A DNA stretch of 64,000 nt from contig PBDS01000019.1 in NCBI GenBank assembly GCA_002718155.1, positions 21,227 to 85,226 of the forward strand, given 5' to 3'. Positions 8,229-17,202 of the stretch are shown piece by piece; within the stretch, counting starts at the first letter, position 1, and each line of letters begins with the position of its first letter. The notes beneath the pieces were generated by a model. The model was given only the letters and a program-made list of their open reading frames with translations, was not told the origin of the DNA and did not search any database. Made by a program: the position numbers and the translations under genes. Source of the stretch: Pseudomonadota bacterium (GTDB lineage: Bacteria > Pseudomonadota > Gammaproteobacteria > Arenicellales > UBA868).

Positions 8229-9773
8229 CTATGAGGAGCCGCCAGTACCCTTCAGCATCTCCATGACCTGCTCAACATTGAAGGCAGCTGCTTTCTGGCG
8301 TGGTGGAAATTCAATGAATGTCTTCAGGAATTCCGCCACATACCCCTGTGCGGGAATCAGAAAGAAAACCCGGTCCAGCATCCAGTCGTAGTAGGTATTT
8401 GAAGTAAAGTAGGCCCGCTCGTAGGGGTCCCGGCGAAGGTTGAAAATGAGCGGTATCCGCAGCACTTTCCAGGGTTCAATCCAGGCCCTCATCGTGCCTT
8501 TTGCCTTCTGCTCGAGGAACATCAATTTCCAGTCGCCATACCTCAGCGCGGTCAGATCGCCATCGTCGGAGAAGTAGAAGATCTCCTTGCGCGGGCTTTC
8601 TTCCACCTCACCCGTTAACAGGGGCAGAACATTGTAGCCATCCAGGTGTACCCTGTACTGTCGCCCTATCGCGCTTACGCCATCTTGTTTGAGCTGTTCC
8701 TTTATATCCGGTGCACCGGCAGCAGCAAGGAAGGTGGGCAGCCAGTCCATATGATGCACGATCTCGTTCGTGACAGCACCGGCCTCGATATTTCCGGGCC
8801 AACGGACCATGGCCGGTACCCGCCAGGCTCCCTCCCAGTTGGTGTTTTTCTCACCCGCAAAAGGGGTCATACCCCCGTCAGGCCAGGTGTTCATGTGGGG
8901 CCCGTTGTCGGTGGAATAGAACACAATGGTATTGTCAGCAATGCCGAGGTCATCCAGCTTGTCGAGCAGTTTTCCAACGTGCATGTCGTGCTCAACCATC
9001 CCGTCTGAATACTCGTCTTGACCGGAGATGCCCCGCAATTCCGCTTTGACATGGGTACGGAAGTGCATTCGCGTACCATTCCACCAGACAAAGAACGGCT
9101 TCCCGGACGCATTGGCCCGATCGATAAAGTCGATTGCCGCTGCAACCGTTTCATCATCTATGGTCTCCATTCGTTTTTTGGTCAGTAGCCCGGTGTCTTC
9201 AATAGTGCCATCGGCTGAAGATTTAACCACGCCACGCGGACCAAACCGTTTCTGGAATGAGGGCTCCTTGGGATAGTCTTCGGTTTCCGGCTCCTCTTCA
9301 GCGTTCAGGTGATAGAGGTTACCGAGGAACTCGTCGAAGCCATGGTTGCTCGGAAGATGTTCGTCTCTATCCCCGAGGTGGTTCTTGCCAAACTGACCGG
9401 TCACATAGCCTTGTGCTTTGAGCAGACCTGCAATGGTTGGGTCCTCTTCCCGCATTCCGATCTCTGCACCGGGCAGCCCAACCTTGGACAAGCCCGTGCG
9501 ATAGACACTCTGGCCCGTAATAAAGGAAGATCGGCCGGCAGTGCAAGACTGCTCGCCATAGTAGTCAGTGAACATCATGCCGTCTTTGGCGATACTGTCT
9601 ATGTTGGGTGTTTTGTAACCCATCAGACCAAAGGTATAGGCGCTGAGGTTGGTCTGGCCCACATCGTCACCCCAGATGACGAGAATATTAGGCTTGCCCT
9701 GACTCCATGCCGTGGCAGACAACAACAGCAAAGACGCGAAAGACAGCAATCGCAGTAGTGGTGTGGTCAACAT
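8229..9773 (-). CDS. Exported arylsulfatase-family sulfatase (Cys-type)
   Basis: Track ORF trimmed to ATG 9773, preceded by aggagaaaaag. Signal peptide MLTTPLLRLLSFASLLLLSATAWS. Sulfatase N-terminus NILVIWGDDVG and the formylglycine site SCTAGRSSFITGQ (Cys77, codon 9545-9543). Confidence 0.9.
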   Translation of the reverse strand: MLTTPLLRLLSFASLLLLSATAWSQGKPNILVIWGDDVGQTNLSAYTFGLMGYKTPNIDSIAKDGMMFTDYYGEQSCTAGRSSFITGQSVYRTGLSKVGLPGAEIGMREEDPTIAGLLKAQGYVTGQFGKNHLGDRDEHLPSNHGFDEFLGNLYHLNAEEEPETEDYPKEPSFQKRFGPRGVVKSSADGTIEDTGLLTKKRMETIDDETVAAAIDFIDRANASGKPFFVWWNGTRMHFRTHVKAELRGISGQDEYSDGMVEHDMHVGKLLDKLDDLGIADNTIVFYSTDNGPHMNTWPDGGMTPFAGEKNTNWEGAWRVPAMVRWPGNIEAGAVTNEIVHHMDWLPTFLAAAGAPDIKEQLKQDGVSAIGRQYRVHLDGYNVLPLLTGEVEESPRKEIFYFSDDGDLTALRYGDWKLMFLEQKAKGTMRAWIEPWKVLRIPLIFNLRRDPYERAYFTSNTYYDWMLDRVFFLIPAQGYVAEFLKTFIEFPPRQKAAAFNVEQVMEMLKGTGGSS

Positions 9774-9798
9774 CTTTTTCTCCTCTTGTCGGTTAACT

Positions 9799-9834
9799 GA
9801 AACATCTGGCACATCTGAACTTCACGAAACATCT
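9799..9834. repeat. Direct repeats GAAACATCT (x2) plus partial copy ACATCTG upstream of the sulfatase start
   Basis: gaaacatct at 9799-9807 and 9826-9834, with acatctg at 9811-9817. They lie 26-61 nt upstream of the minus-strand sulfatase start codon. Confidence 0.5.
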
Positions 9835-9912
9835 CTTTCACTAAGCCTGATTGAGCTTCAATTCTGGTCCGCGACGAAAGCCTGGACCATCATAGGTACA
9901 CCGAACAGGATC

Positions 9913-9922
9913 AGGGATCCCT
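9913..9922. promoter_or_regulatory. Perfect 10-bp palindrome AGGGATCCCT in the divergent intergenic region
   Basis: agggatccct equals its own reverse complement. It lies in the AT-rich 481-nt spacer between the sulfatase and the TfdA-like gene. No binding protein is known. Confidence 0.3.
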
Positions 9923-9966
9923 TTAAGGAACAGGGTGATAAAACGTTGACTCATTCCAATCCCGCC

Positions 9967-9984
9967 TTCCTGCGTTTCCTGCGT
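9967..9984. repeat. Tandem 9-mer TTCCTGCGT x2
   Basis: ttcctgcgt at 9967-9975 is immediately repeated at 9976-9984. It is non-coding and lies ~270 nt upstream of the TfdA-like start. Confidence 0.5.
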
Positions 9985-10254
9985 GTGAGTACTTCTTTTT
10001 TATCTAAACTGTAATACCCCCGGATTGAAAGGCACAGGAGGCCGCGCCGGAGGGACGGCTATTCTATTACATTCGCTATGGAATTTGGAGACCTCTTGAG
10101 CCAGGGGCCGCTATCCGGGACACGACCGCCGCGCTGGATACCACTGTGCTCCAATCGGCTCAAAACATTGGCTTTCCTGCGCCTTTTGGTTGCCACACCA
10201 CCCCGCTGGATGTTATTTGGTCCCGGGGGTGTCCACGGTAGACTTAACGACGCC

Positions 10255-11118
10255 ATGACGCTGGAATCTCACACATTGCACGACACCCTCGGCGCACGGA
10301 TCGACGGACTGGGTCTCGGGCAGCCGATCGACAATGCTCTGTTCGTCGAGATCCTCGCACAGTTCAGGCGACACGCACTGCTGCTCTTTCCCGCTCAGGA
10401 CCTGACCGATGAGCAGCAGATCGTCTTCAGCGAGCGCTTCGGTCCGCTGGAGATCACCAAGACCGGCAGTGACGGGGCGGGCACCCGGCAGGTGCGACTG
10501 ACCAACATCGGACCGGACGGCGCGCTGCTGCCCTCCGATCACCGCCAGAACCTGATCGGTCGGGCCAACCGCCTGTGGCACGCCGACAGTTCCTTCAAGC
10601 CGGTGCCGGCCGGGCCATCGATCCTCTCGGCGCGGGAAGTCCCGGCGCACGGGGGCAACACCGAGTTCATCAACATGCGGGCGGTCTACGCGGCGCTGCC
10701 GGCGGGCCTCAAGGCAAAGGTCGAAGACCGCGTGGCGGTCCACGATTTCGCCCACTCCCGTGCGCAGGTGAACACCGGACTCATGACCGATGCCGAACGC
10801 GCCGAAGTACCGCCGGTTCGGCAGGCCCTGGTGCTCAACCACGGACCGGAACTTGGCCGCTCGCTGTACATCGGCTCCCACGTCAGCCACATCGAGGGCC
10901 TTTGTGCAGCGGACAGCGACCGCCTGATCGACTCGCTGATGGGCTTTGCCACCCAGGCCCAGTTCATCTACAGCCACCGCTGGCAGCGCCACGACCTCGT
11001 GATGTGGGACAACCGCTGCGTGATTCACCGCGGCACGCCGTACGGCGACGACCGCGAGCGCCGCTGCCTGGTACGGACCACTGTTGCCGGCACGGCCCCG
11101 ACCCTGCTCGAGCGCTGA
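10255..11118 (+). CDS. TfdA-like Fe(II)/2-oxoglutarate dioxygenase (TauD/TfdA family)
   Basis: Track ORF 10078..11118 trimmed to ATG 10255 (MTLESHTLHDTLGARIDGL). HxD of the facial triad is in NRLWHADSSF, and the distal His is in WDNRCVIHRG. The WH(A/S)DSSF string is TfdA-like rather than TauD-like. Confidence 0.85.
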   Translation: MTLESHTLHDTLGARIDGLGLGQPIDNALFVEILAQFRRHALLLFPAQDLTDEQQIVFSERFGPLEITKTGSDGAGTRQVRLTNIGPDGALLPSDHRQNLIGRANRLWHADSSFKPVPAGPSILSAREVPAHGGNTEFINMRAVYAALPAGLKAKVEDRVAVHDFAHSRAQVNTGLMTDAERAEVPPVRQALVLNHGPELGRSLYIGSHVSHIEGLCAADSDRLIDSLMGFATQAQFIYSHRWQRHDLVMWDNRCVIHRGTPYGDDRERRCLVRTTVAGTAPTLLER

Positions 11119-12729
11119 ATGAACAGACCAGGTGCGGAGACCTTTGACTTCATCATCGTCGGCGCGGGCTCGGCGGGCTGTGTGCTGGCCAACCGGCTGT
11201 CGGCGCGGCCGAACGCCACCGTACTGCTGCTCGAGGCCGGCGGTGGGGACCGCCACCCATACATTCACATCCCGGCGGCCTTCATCAAGACCTTCACCGA
11301 CCCGCGCTTCAACTGGTGCTTCGAGACCGAGCCGGTGCCCGGGGCCGGCAACCGGTCGATCTTCTTTCCCCGGGGTAAAGTGCTGGGAGGTTCGAGTTCG
11401 ATCTCGGGGCACCTGTACGTGCGCGGCCAGGCCGAGGACTACGACACCTGGGCGGCACTCGGCAACAGGGGCTGGTCCTACGCCGACGTACTGCCCTTGT
11501 TCAAGGCCCAGGAAGACCGCTCCGCCGGGGCCGATGCCTATCACGGCAGTGGCGGCCCCCAGCACGTCTCGGACATCCACGAGCGCCACCCGCTGTGCGA
11601 GGCCTTCATCGAAGGTGCCGTCGGGCTCGGCCTGCCGCGCAACCCCGACTACAACGGTGCCGACCAGGCGGGCACCGGGTATTACCAGCGGATGATTCGC
11701 GCCGGCCGCCGGCACAGCGCAGCGGTGGGATTTCTGCATCCTGTTCTGGAGCGGGCAAACCTGACACTCAAGACCCGCGCCCAGGTGACCCGCCTCGAGT
11801 GTGCCGGACGTCAGGTCACCGGCGTCAGCTACCACCAGGACGGGCGCACTCGACAGGCCGTAGCCCGCCGTGAGGTCCTGCTCTGCGGCGGGGCGATCGC
11901 CTCGCCGCAACTGCTGCAGGTCTCGGGAATCGGGCCCGGTGCGCTGCTGCAAAAACTCGGCATCCCCGTAGTTCACGAATCCCCCGGGGTCGGCGAAGGA
12001 CTGCAGGACCACTACGCGGTGCGGGTCAGCCGCCGTGTCAACCGTCCCATTACCCTTAACCACCGCGCGCGTGGCTGGCGGCTGTGCTGGGAAGCCATTC
12101 GCTGGTATACCTCGGGCAGCGGCCTTCTGGCCTTCAGTCCGGCACACGCTTTTGCCTTTGCCCGCTCCGACCCGGGACTTGCCCGACCGGACCTGCAGTT
12201 GGTCTTCACTCCGGCAAGCTACGCCGACTCGACCGAACCGGTCAGCCGGCTGCAGGACGAGCCGGGGATGACCTGCGGCGTCTGGCAGACGGTGCCGACG
12301 AGTTTCGGCCATGTGCACGCCCGCTCTGCTGACACCCGGGACGCGCCGGCGATCCAGCCCAACTACCTCGACACAGAGCACGACCGTAAGGTGATCGTGC
12401 AGGGTCTTAAGTGGTGCCGCCGGCTTCTGCAGACCGAGGCCCTCGCTCCGGACCGCGGCCCGGAGCTTTCGCCGGGCACCGCCTGTGAAAGCGATGACGA
12501 TCTGCTAACCTACGCGGCCTCGATGGGCAGCACGGTCTACCACCCGGTGAGCACTTGCCGGATGGGCCGGGACGCTCTGGCAGTCGTGGACCCCGAGCTG
12601 AAACTGCACGGCATGACTGGCCTGCGGGTGGTCGACGCCTCGGTGATGCCGACCATGGTCTCGGCCAACACCAACGCAGCAACCCTGATGATCGCCGAGA
12701 AAGCCGCACAGCTGATAACGGGCGGCTGA
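11119..12729 (+). CDS. GMC-family FAD oxidoreductase (choline-dehydrogenase-like)
   Basis: The ATG directly follows the upstream TGA. FAD fingerprint FDFIIVGAGSAGCVLANRLS; 536 aa; C-terminal STCRMG...VVD motif typical of the GMC family. Confidence 0.9.
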   Translation: MNRPGAETFDFIIVGAGSAGCVLANRLSARPNATVLLLEAGGGDRHPYIHIPAAFIKTFTDPRFNWCFETEPVPGAGNRSIFFPRGKVLGGSSSISGHLYVRGQAEDYDTWAALGNRGWSYADVLPLFKAQEDRSAGADAYHGSGGPQHVSDIHERHPLCEAFIEGAVGLGLPRNPDYNGADQAGTGYYQRMIRAGRRHSAAVGFLHPVLERANLTLKTRAQVTRLECAGRQVTGVSYHQDGRTRQAVARREVLLCGGAIASPQLLQVSGIGPGALLQKLGIPVVHESPGVGEGLQDHYAVRVSRRVNRPITLNHRARGWRLCWEAIRWYTSGSGLLAFSPAHAFAFARSDPGLARPDLQLVFTPASYADSTEPVSRLQDEPGMTCGVWQTVPTSFGHVHARSADTRDAPAIQPNYLDTEHDRKVIVQGLKWCRRLLQTEALAPDRGPELSPGTACESDDDLLTYAASMGSTVYHPVSTCRMGRDALAVVDPELKLHGMTGLRVVDASVMPTMVSANTNAATLMIAEKAAQLITGG

Positions 12730-12755
12730 CCACACCTTCAAGAAAAGGAGCTTTC

Positions 12756-13541
12756 ATGATTGAACTTCACAACGCGGCACTGGACAAACTGCGCAGCGGG
12801 GCGCTCTCCATAGGCATCGGCCTGCGCCAGGCCCGTACGGTGGACATCGGCAAGGCCATGAAGACGGCCGGCTTCGACTGGCTGTTCATCGACATGGAAC
12901 ACAACGCCATGGATGTCGACACTGCCGTGCAGATCAGCGTTGCGGCACAGGACGCCGGCATCGCACCGATCGTGCGGGTACCGGGTTACGAGCATTACCA
13001 CGCCACGCGGGTGATGGACGGCGGTGCGCAGGGGATCGTGGTGCCCCACGTCGACGACGCAGAGACCGCGGCCCGGATCGCCTCGAACTGCCGCTACCCG
13101 CCGGTCGGCCACCGTTCGATCACCGGTGCCCTGCCCCAGCTGGATTTCCAGGCCCATCCGCTCAAAGACGCCACCGAGACCATCAACCGCGAAACGCTCG
13201 TGGTGGTGATGCTGGAGACCCCGACCGCCATCGACAATGCCGAGGCCATTGCCGCCGTACCGGGTATCGACTCGCTGCTGATCGGCACCAACGATCTGAC
13301 GCTCGAGATGGGCATCCCCGGCCAACTCGGCGACGAGCGGGTCGTGGCGGCCTACGAACGCGTGATCGCGGCCTGCCAGGCCAACGGCAAGTATCCCGGC
13401 ATGGGCGGGGTCTACACCCTCGATCTCATGCAGCGCTATATCGCCATGGGCGCCCGGCTGATCCTCGCGGGTAACGATTTCTCGCTGATGATGGATGCGG
13501 CACGTGGCCAGGCGACGGCGGTGCGCGACATGCTGGCCTGA
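12756..13541 (+). CDS. HpcH/HpaI-family 2-keto-3-deoxy-acid aldolase
   Basis: Track ORF 12555..13541 trimmed to ATG 12756, preceded by aaaaggag. MIELHNAALDKLRSG...FDWLFIDMEHNAMD...PIVRVP is typical of HpcH/HpaI aldolases. Confidence 0.85.
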   Translation: MIELHNAALDKLRSGALSIGIGLRQARTVDIGKAMKTAGFDWLFIDMEHNAMDVDTAVQISVAAQDAGIAPIVRVPGYEHYHATRVMDGGAQGIVVPHVDDAETAARIASNCRYPPVGHRSITGALPQLDFQAHPLKDATETINRETLVVVMLETPTAIDNAEAIAAVPGIDSLLIGTNDLTLEMGIPGQLGDERVVAAYERVIAACQANGKYPGMGGVYTLDLMQRYIAMGARLILAGNDFSLMMDAARGQATAVRDMLA

Positions 13542-13581
13542 GCCCTAGGCAGCCCTTTGACCCGAGCGGAGACTCAAGACC

Positions 13582-14217
13582 TTGATTGACCTTTACACCT
13601 CACCTACCCCCAACGGCCGCAAGGTCTCCATCGCGCTGGAGGAACTCGGCGTGGACTACACCGTTAAACCCATCAGCCTGGGCAAGGACGAGCAGCACGC
13701 GCCCGAGTTCCTGGCCATCTCCCCCAACGGCAAGATCCCGGCGATCGTCGATCACGACACCGGCAACACGATGATGGAGTCCGGCGCCATCCTGCTGTAT
13801 CTCGCTGACAAGACCGGCCAGTTGATGCCGACCGAACCGGTGCGCTACTGGCAGGCCCTGGAGTGGCTGATGTGGCAGATGGCGGGCCCCGGCCCGATGC
13901 TGGGCCAGGTGCATCACTTCGTGAAGTTCAACGCCGGCAAGAGCGCCTACGCCGAGGAACGTTATCTCGCTGAAGGACAGCGCCTGTACGGCGTGCTCGA
14001 CCGGCGCCTGGCGGAACGCGAGTACATCGTCGACGAATACTCGATTGTCGACATTGCGGTGTGGCCGTGGATCTCGCGCTTCAACTGGCAGACCATCGAC
14101 ATTACGGCCTTTCCAAACGTCACCCGCTGGTACACCGCGATCGCCGGCCGGCCGGCCGTACAGCGCGGCTATTCGATTCCCAGGGACGCCGGCCCCATTC
14201 CCATGCCGGGTGACTGA
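13582..14217 (+). CDS. Nu-class glutathione S-transferase (YfcG-like)
   Basis: TTG start with ggaga 9 nt upstream. MIDLYTSPTPNGRKVSIALEE...ISPNGKIPAIVDH...ESGAILLYLADKTG...GPMLGQVHHF tracks E. coli YfcG along the whole length, as compared from memory. Confidence 0.85.
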   Translation: MIDLYTSPTPNGRKVSIALEELGVDYTVKPISLGKDEQHAPEFLAISPNGKIPAIVDHDTGNTMMESGAILLYLADKTGQLMPTEPVRYWQALEWLMWQMAGPGPMLGQVHHFVKFNAGKSAYAEERYLAEGQRLYGVLDRRLAEREYIVDEYSIVDIAVWPWISRFNWQTIDITAFPNVTRWYTAIAGRPAVQRGYSIPRDAGPIPMPGD

Positions 14218-14243
14218 ACCCCATCTCGCGAGGTACTCACACC

Positions 14244-14966
14244 ATGAGCACAGCCGACATCAAGGCCCTGACTTTCGACACGGGCGGCACGATCCTCGAC
14301 TGGCACACGGGCTTTACCCGAGCACTGGCGGAAACCGGGCGTCGGCACGATCTTGAAAGAGACTGGGCCGCCATCGCCAACGACCTGCGCCGCCGTTCGC
14401 TGCAGAAGATGCTGCACCTGGGCGAGCACACACCGCCGGATTACAACTTCGACGACGCGCACCGGATGGTGCTCGATGAACTCATCGAGGAACACGGCAT
14501 GCAGGCCTTCTCGGCTGCAGAGCGACGCGTGATCTGGTGGGACACGGTGCACAACCTCTCCTGCTGGCCGGACTTCCCGCAGGTACTGCCGAGACTGCGC
14601 GAGAGACTGATCTGCGCGTCGTTCACGATCCTGAGCTTTCGCATCATCATCGACACCGCCCGGCGTAACGGCCTGGCCTGGGACGCGGTGATCTCGTGTG
14701 AGGCGATCGGCAAGTACAAGCCGCTGCCGGAGGCGTACCGGACGGCCGCCCGCTACCTGCAGCTGGAGCCCGAACAGTGCTGCATGGTCGCCTGCCATAA
14801 CTTCGATCTCGATGCAGCGAAGGCCGTGGGCTTTACCACCGCCTTTGTGCGCCGTCCTGACGAGTGGGGCGCGGCCGGGCCGCCCGACCCCGAACCCAAC
14901 CCCCAGCACGACATCGTGGTCGACGACTTTCCTGGCCTTGCCCGGGCGGTCGGCATCGAGCCCTAA
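14244..14966 (+). CDS. HAD-superfamily hydrolase, type II haloacid-dehalogenase-like
   Basis: Motif I is LTFDTGGTILDW (Asp nucleophile without the second Asp of phosphatases). KYKP and a late acidic motif (HNFDLDAA) fit the dehalogenase-like subgroup. Confidence 0.75.
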   Translation: MSTADIKALTFDTGGTILDWHTGFTRALAETGRRHDLERDWAAIANDLRRRSLQKMLHLGEHTPPDYNFDDAHRMVLDELIEEHGMQAFSAAERRVIWWDTVHNLSCWPDFPQVLPRLRERLICASFTILSFRIIIDTARRNGLAWDAVISCEAIGKYKPLPEAYRTAARYLQLEPEQCCMVACHNFDLDAAKAVGFTTAFVRRPDEWGAAGPPDPEPNPQHDIVVDDFPGLARAVGIEP

Positions 14967-14999
14967 ATACCAACCGGACGAAACGCAAAGGAGACCACC

Positions 15000-15749
<750 letters not shown>

Positions 15750-15824
15750 GGCTCTCCGGCAGCCTGCGTCACCGTCCCCAACCGGGCTACACTATAACCA
15801 GCAGAACCCTGGGAGACCCTGCTT

Positions 15825-16604
15825 ATGAACAAGGCCTTGAACGAAACCGAACTCTCGGCGGACCAACTGGCTGAAGCCGAACGCGAGCTTCGGGTGCAGC
15901 TCGCCGGCGCCTACCGGCTGGTCGACTACTTCGGCTGGTGCGAGCTGATCTACGGTCACCTGACCGCCCATGTACCGGGACCCGAGCCGCACTTTCTGAT
16001 CAACCCCTACGGCTTGAACTACGACGAAGTCACGGCCTCGAACCTGGTCAAGATCGATCTGGATGGCAAGCTGGTGGAGCCCACCGAACACCTGGTCAAC
16101 GAGGCGGGATTCATCATCCACTCGGCGATTCACATGCAGCCGAGCAGCCAAAACCGCGTGGTGATGCACACCCACAGCCGCTCGGGCATGGCGGTCGCTG
16201 CGCTCAAGGACGGCCTGCTGCCGATCAGCATGGGTGCGACTATTTTTTACGACGCGCTCGCCTACCACGAGTACGAGGGGCCCAGCCTGTACCTCGACGA
16301 GCGTGAGCGGTTGCAGGTCTCACTCGGCGACAAGAAGGCCCTGATCCTCAAGAACCACGGCCTGGTCACGGTCGGGGCGACCGTTGCCGAGGCTTTCTTG
16401 AGACTCTACCGGCTCGAGCGCGCCTGCCAGACGCAACTCGATGCCGCATCGGCCGGCGAACTCAACTTGTTGGACGATCAGGTGGCACGCAAGTCCGGCC
16501 GCGACGTCAACCGTTTCATGGAATCGAGCGATGACTACGGCGAACTCGAGTTCGCCGCCCTGCTGCGCAAGATCGACCGGATCGACGATTCGTACCGCAA
16601 CTGA
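15825..16604 (+). CDS. Class II aldolase/adducin-family protein
   Basis: 259 aa with the metal-His cluster VVMHTHSRSGMAVA and a later NHGLVTVG, characteristic of class II aldolase/adducin N-terminal domain proteins. Confidence 0.85.
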   Translation: MNKALNETELSADQLAEAERELRVQLAGAYRLVDYFGWCELIYGHLTAHVPGPEPHFLINPYGLNYDEVTASNLVKIDLDGKLVEPTEHLVNEAGFIIHSAIHMQPSSQNRVVMHTHSRSGMAVAALKDGLLPISMGATIFYDALAYHEYEGPSLYLDERERLQVSLGDKKALILKNHGLVTVGATVAEAFLRLYRLERACQTQLDAASAGELNLLDDQVARKSGRDVNRFMESSDDYGELEFAALLRKIDRIDDSYRN

Positions 16605-16623
16605 CAGCCGCAGAACAACAGCC

Positions 16624-17151
16624 GTGAACAACAGCCCCGTCGGCCAGGACAGCTGGCCCGATGCCCTCTACGACAAGCTGCGGTCGATGGACATCAGCCT
16701 GTTTACCTACGTGCCCGACGCCGGCCACAGCGTCATGATCGAGCGGGCCCTGGCCGATCCGGCGGCGACCACGGTGCCGCTTGCCACTGAGGAAGAAGGC
16801 GTCTCGCTGCTGGCGGGCGCGCACCTGGGCGGCACCCGCGGCGCGCTGCTGATGCAGAGCAGCGGCGTGGGCAACTGCATCAACATGCTCTCGCTGACCA
16901 ACATCGGGCGCTTTCCGCTGCTCTCGATCGTCAGCATGCGCGGTGACTACGGTGAACAAAACCCGTGGCAGTTCCCGATGGGCCAGGGCGCCCAGCCGTG
17001 CCTGGAGGCCATGGGCACCATCTGCCAGCGGATCGAGACGCCTGACGAGGTCCTGCCGGCAGCCGAGGCGGCGGTCAACATGGCCTACCGCTCGGACCAG
17101 TCCGTCGCCCTGCTGCTCTCGCAGCGGCTGATCGGCGCCAAGCCGTTCTGA
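16624..17151 (+). CDS. TPP-dependent decarboxylase, alpha (ComD-like) half: sulfopyruvate/phosphonopyruvate decarboxylase family
   Basis: Track ORF 16441..17151 trimmed to GTG 16624, 19 nt after the upstream stop. FTYVPDAGHSVMIE...ATEEEGVSLLAGAHLGG...LLMQSSGVGNCINML...MRGDYGE matches the pyrimidine-binding half of split ComDE-type enzymes. Confidence 0.75.
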   Translation: MNNSPVGQDSWPDALYDKLRSMDISLFTYVPDAGHSVMIERALADPAATTVPLATEEEGVSLLAGAHLGGTRGALLMQSSGVGNCINMLSLTNIGRFPLLSIVSMRGDYGEQNPWQFPMGQGAQPCLEAMGTICQRIETPDEVLPAAEAAVNMAYRSDQSVALLLSQRLIGAKPF

Positions 17152-17202
17152 GTGCAAGGCGCCATAACCCCGAATCAACCACCCAAAAGGCCCACCCACA
17201 CC

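Noticed and set aside
8134-8391. 85-aa ORF spanning the terminator and the 3' end of the sulfatase gene, and 63-aa ORF 19227..19418(+) opposite the orphan ORF.
   Set aside because: The first runs through a strong terminator hairpin and is antisense to a well-supported gene. The second is shorter than, and antisense to, the 140-codon minus-strand ORF and has no start context.
10078-10254. N-terminal extensions offered by the track. Examples: 10078 for the TfdA-like gene, 12555 for the HpcH aldolase, 35859 for PdxA, 1787 for HIBADH, 26361 for the CoA-transferase, 31008 for the SDR, 55166 for IlvD/Edd, 47333 for MoaD-like.
   Set aside because: The extensions overlap upstream genes or are Pro/Arg-rich. 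Internal ATG, GTG or TTG codons with SD-like boxes give N-termini that match the start of the respective families.
10213-12381. Very long antisense ORFs. Examples: 722 aa at 10213..12381(-), 647 aa at 47341..49284(+), 434 aa at 16516..17820(-), 444 aa at 25817..27151(+), 462 aa at 44178..45566(-), 412 aa at 14169..15407(-), 374 aa at 21034..22158(-).
   Set aside because: Each lies opposite a gene with clear family motifs. Their translations are Arg/Gly/Pro/Ala-rich low-complexity strings with no motifs. Stop-poor antisense frames are expected at this GC content, so they are shadow ORFs.
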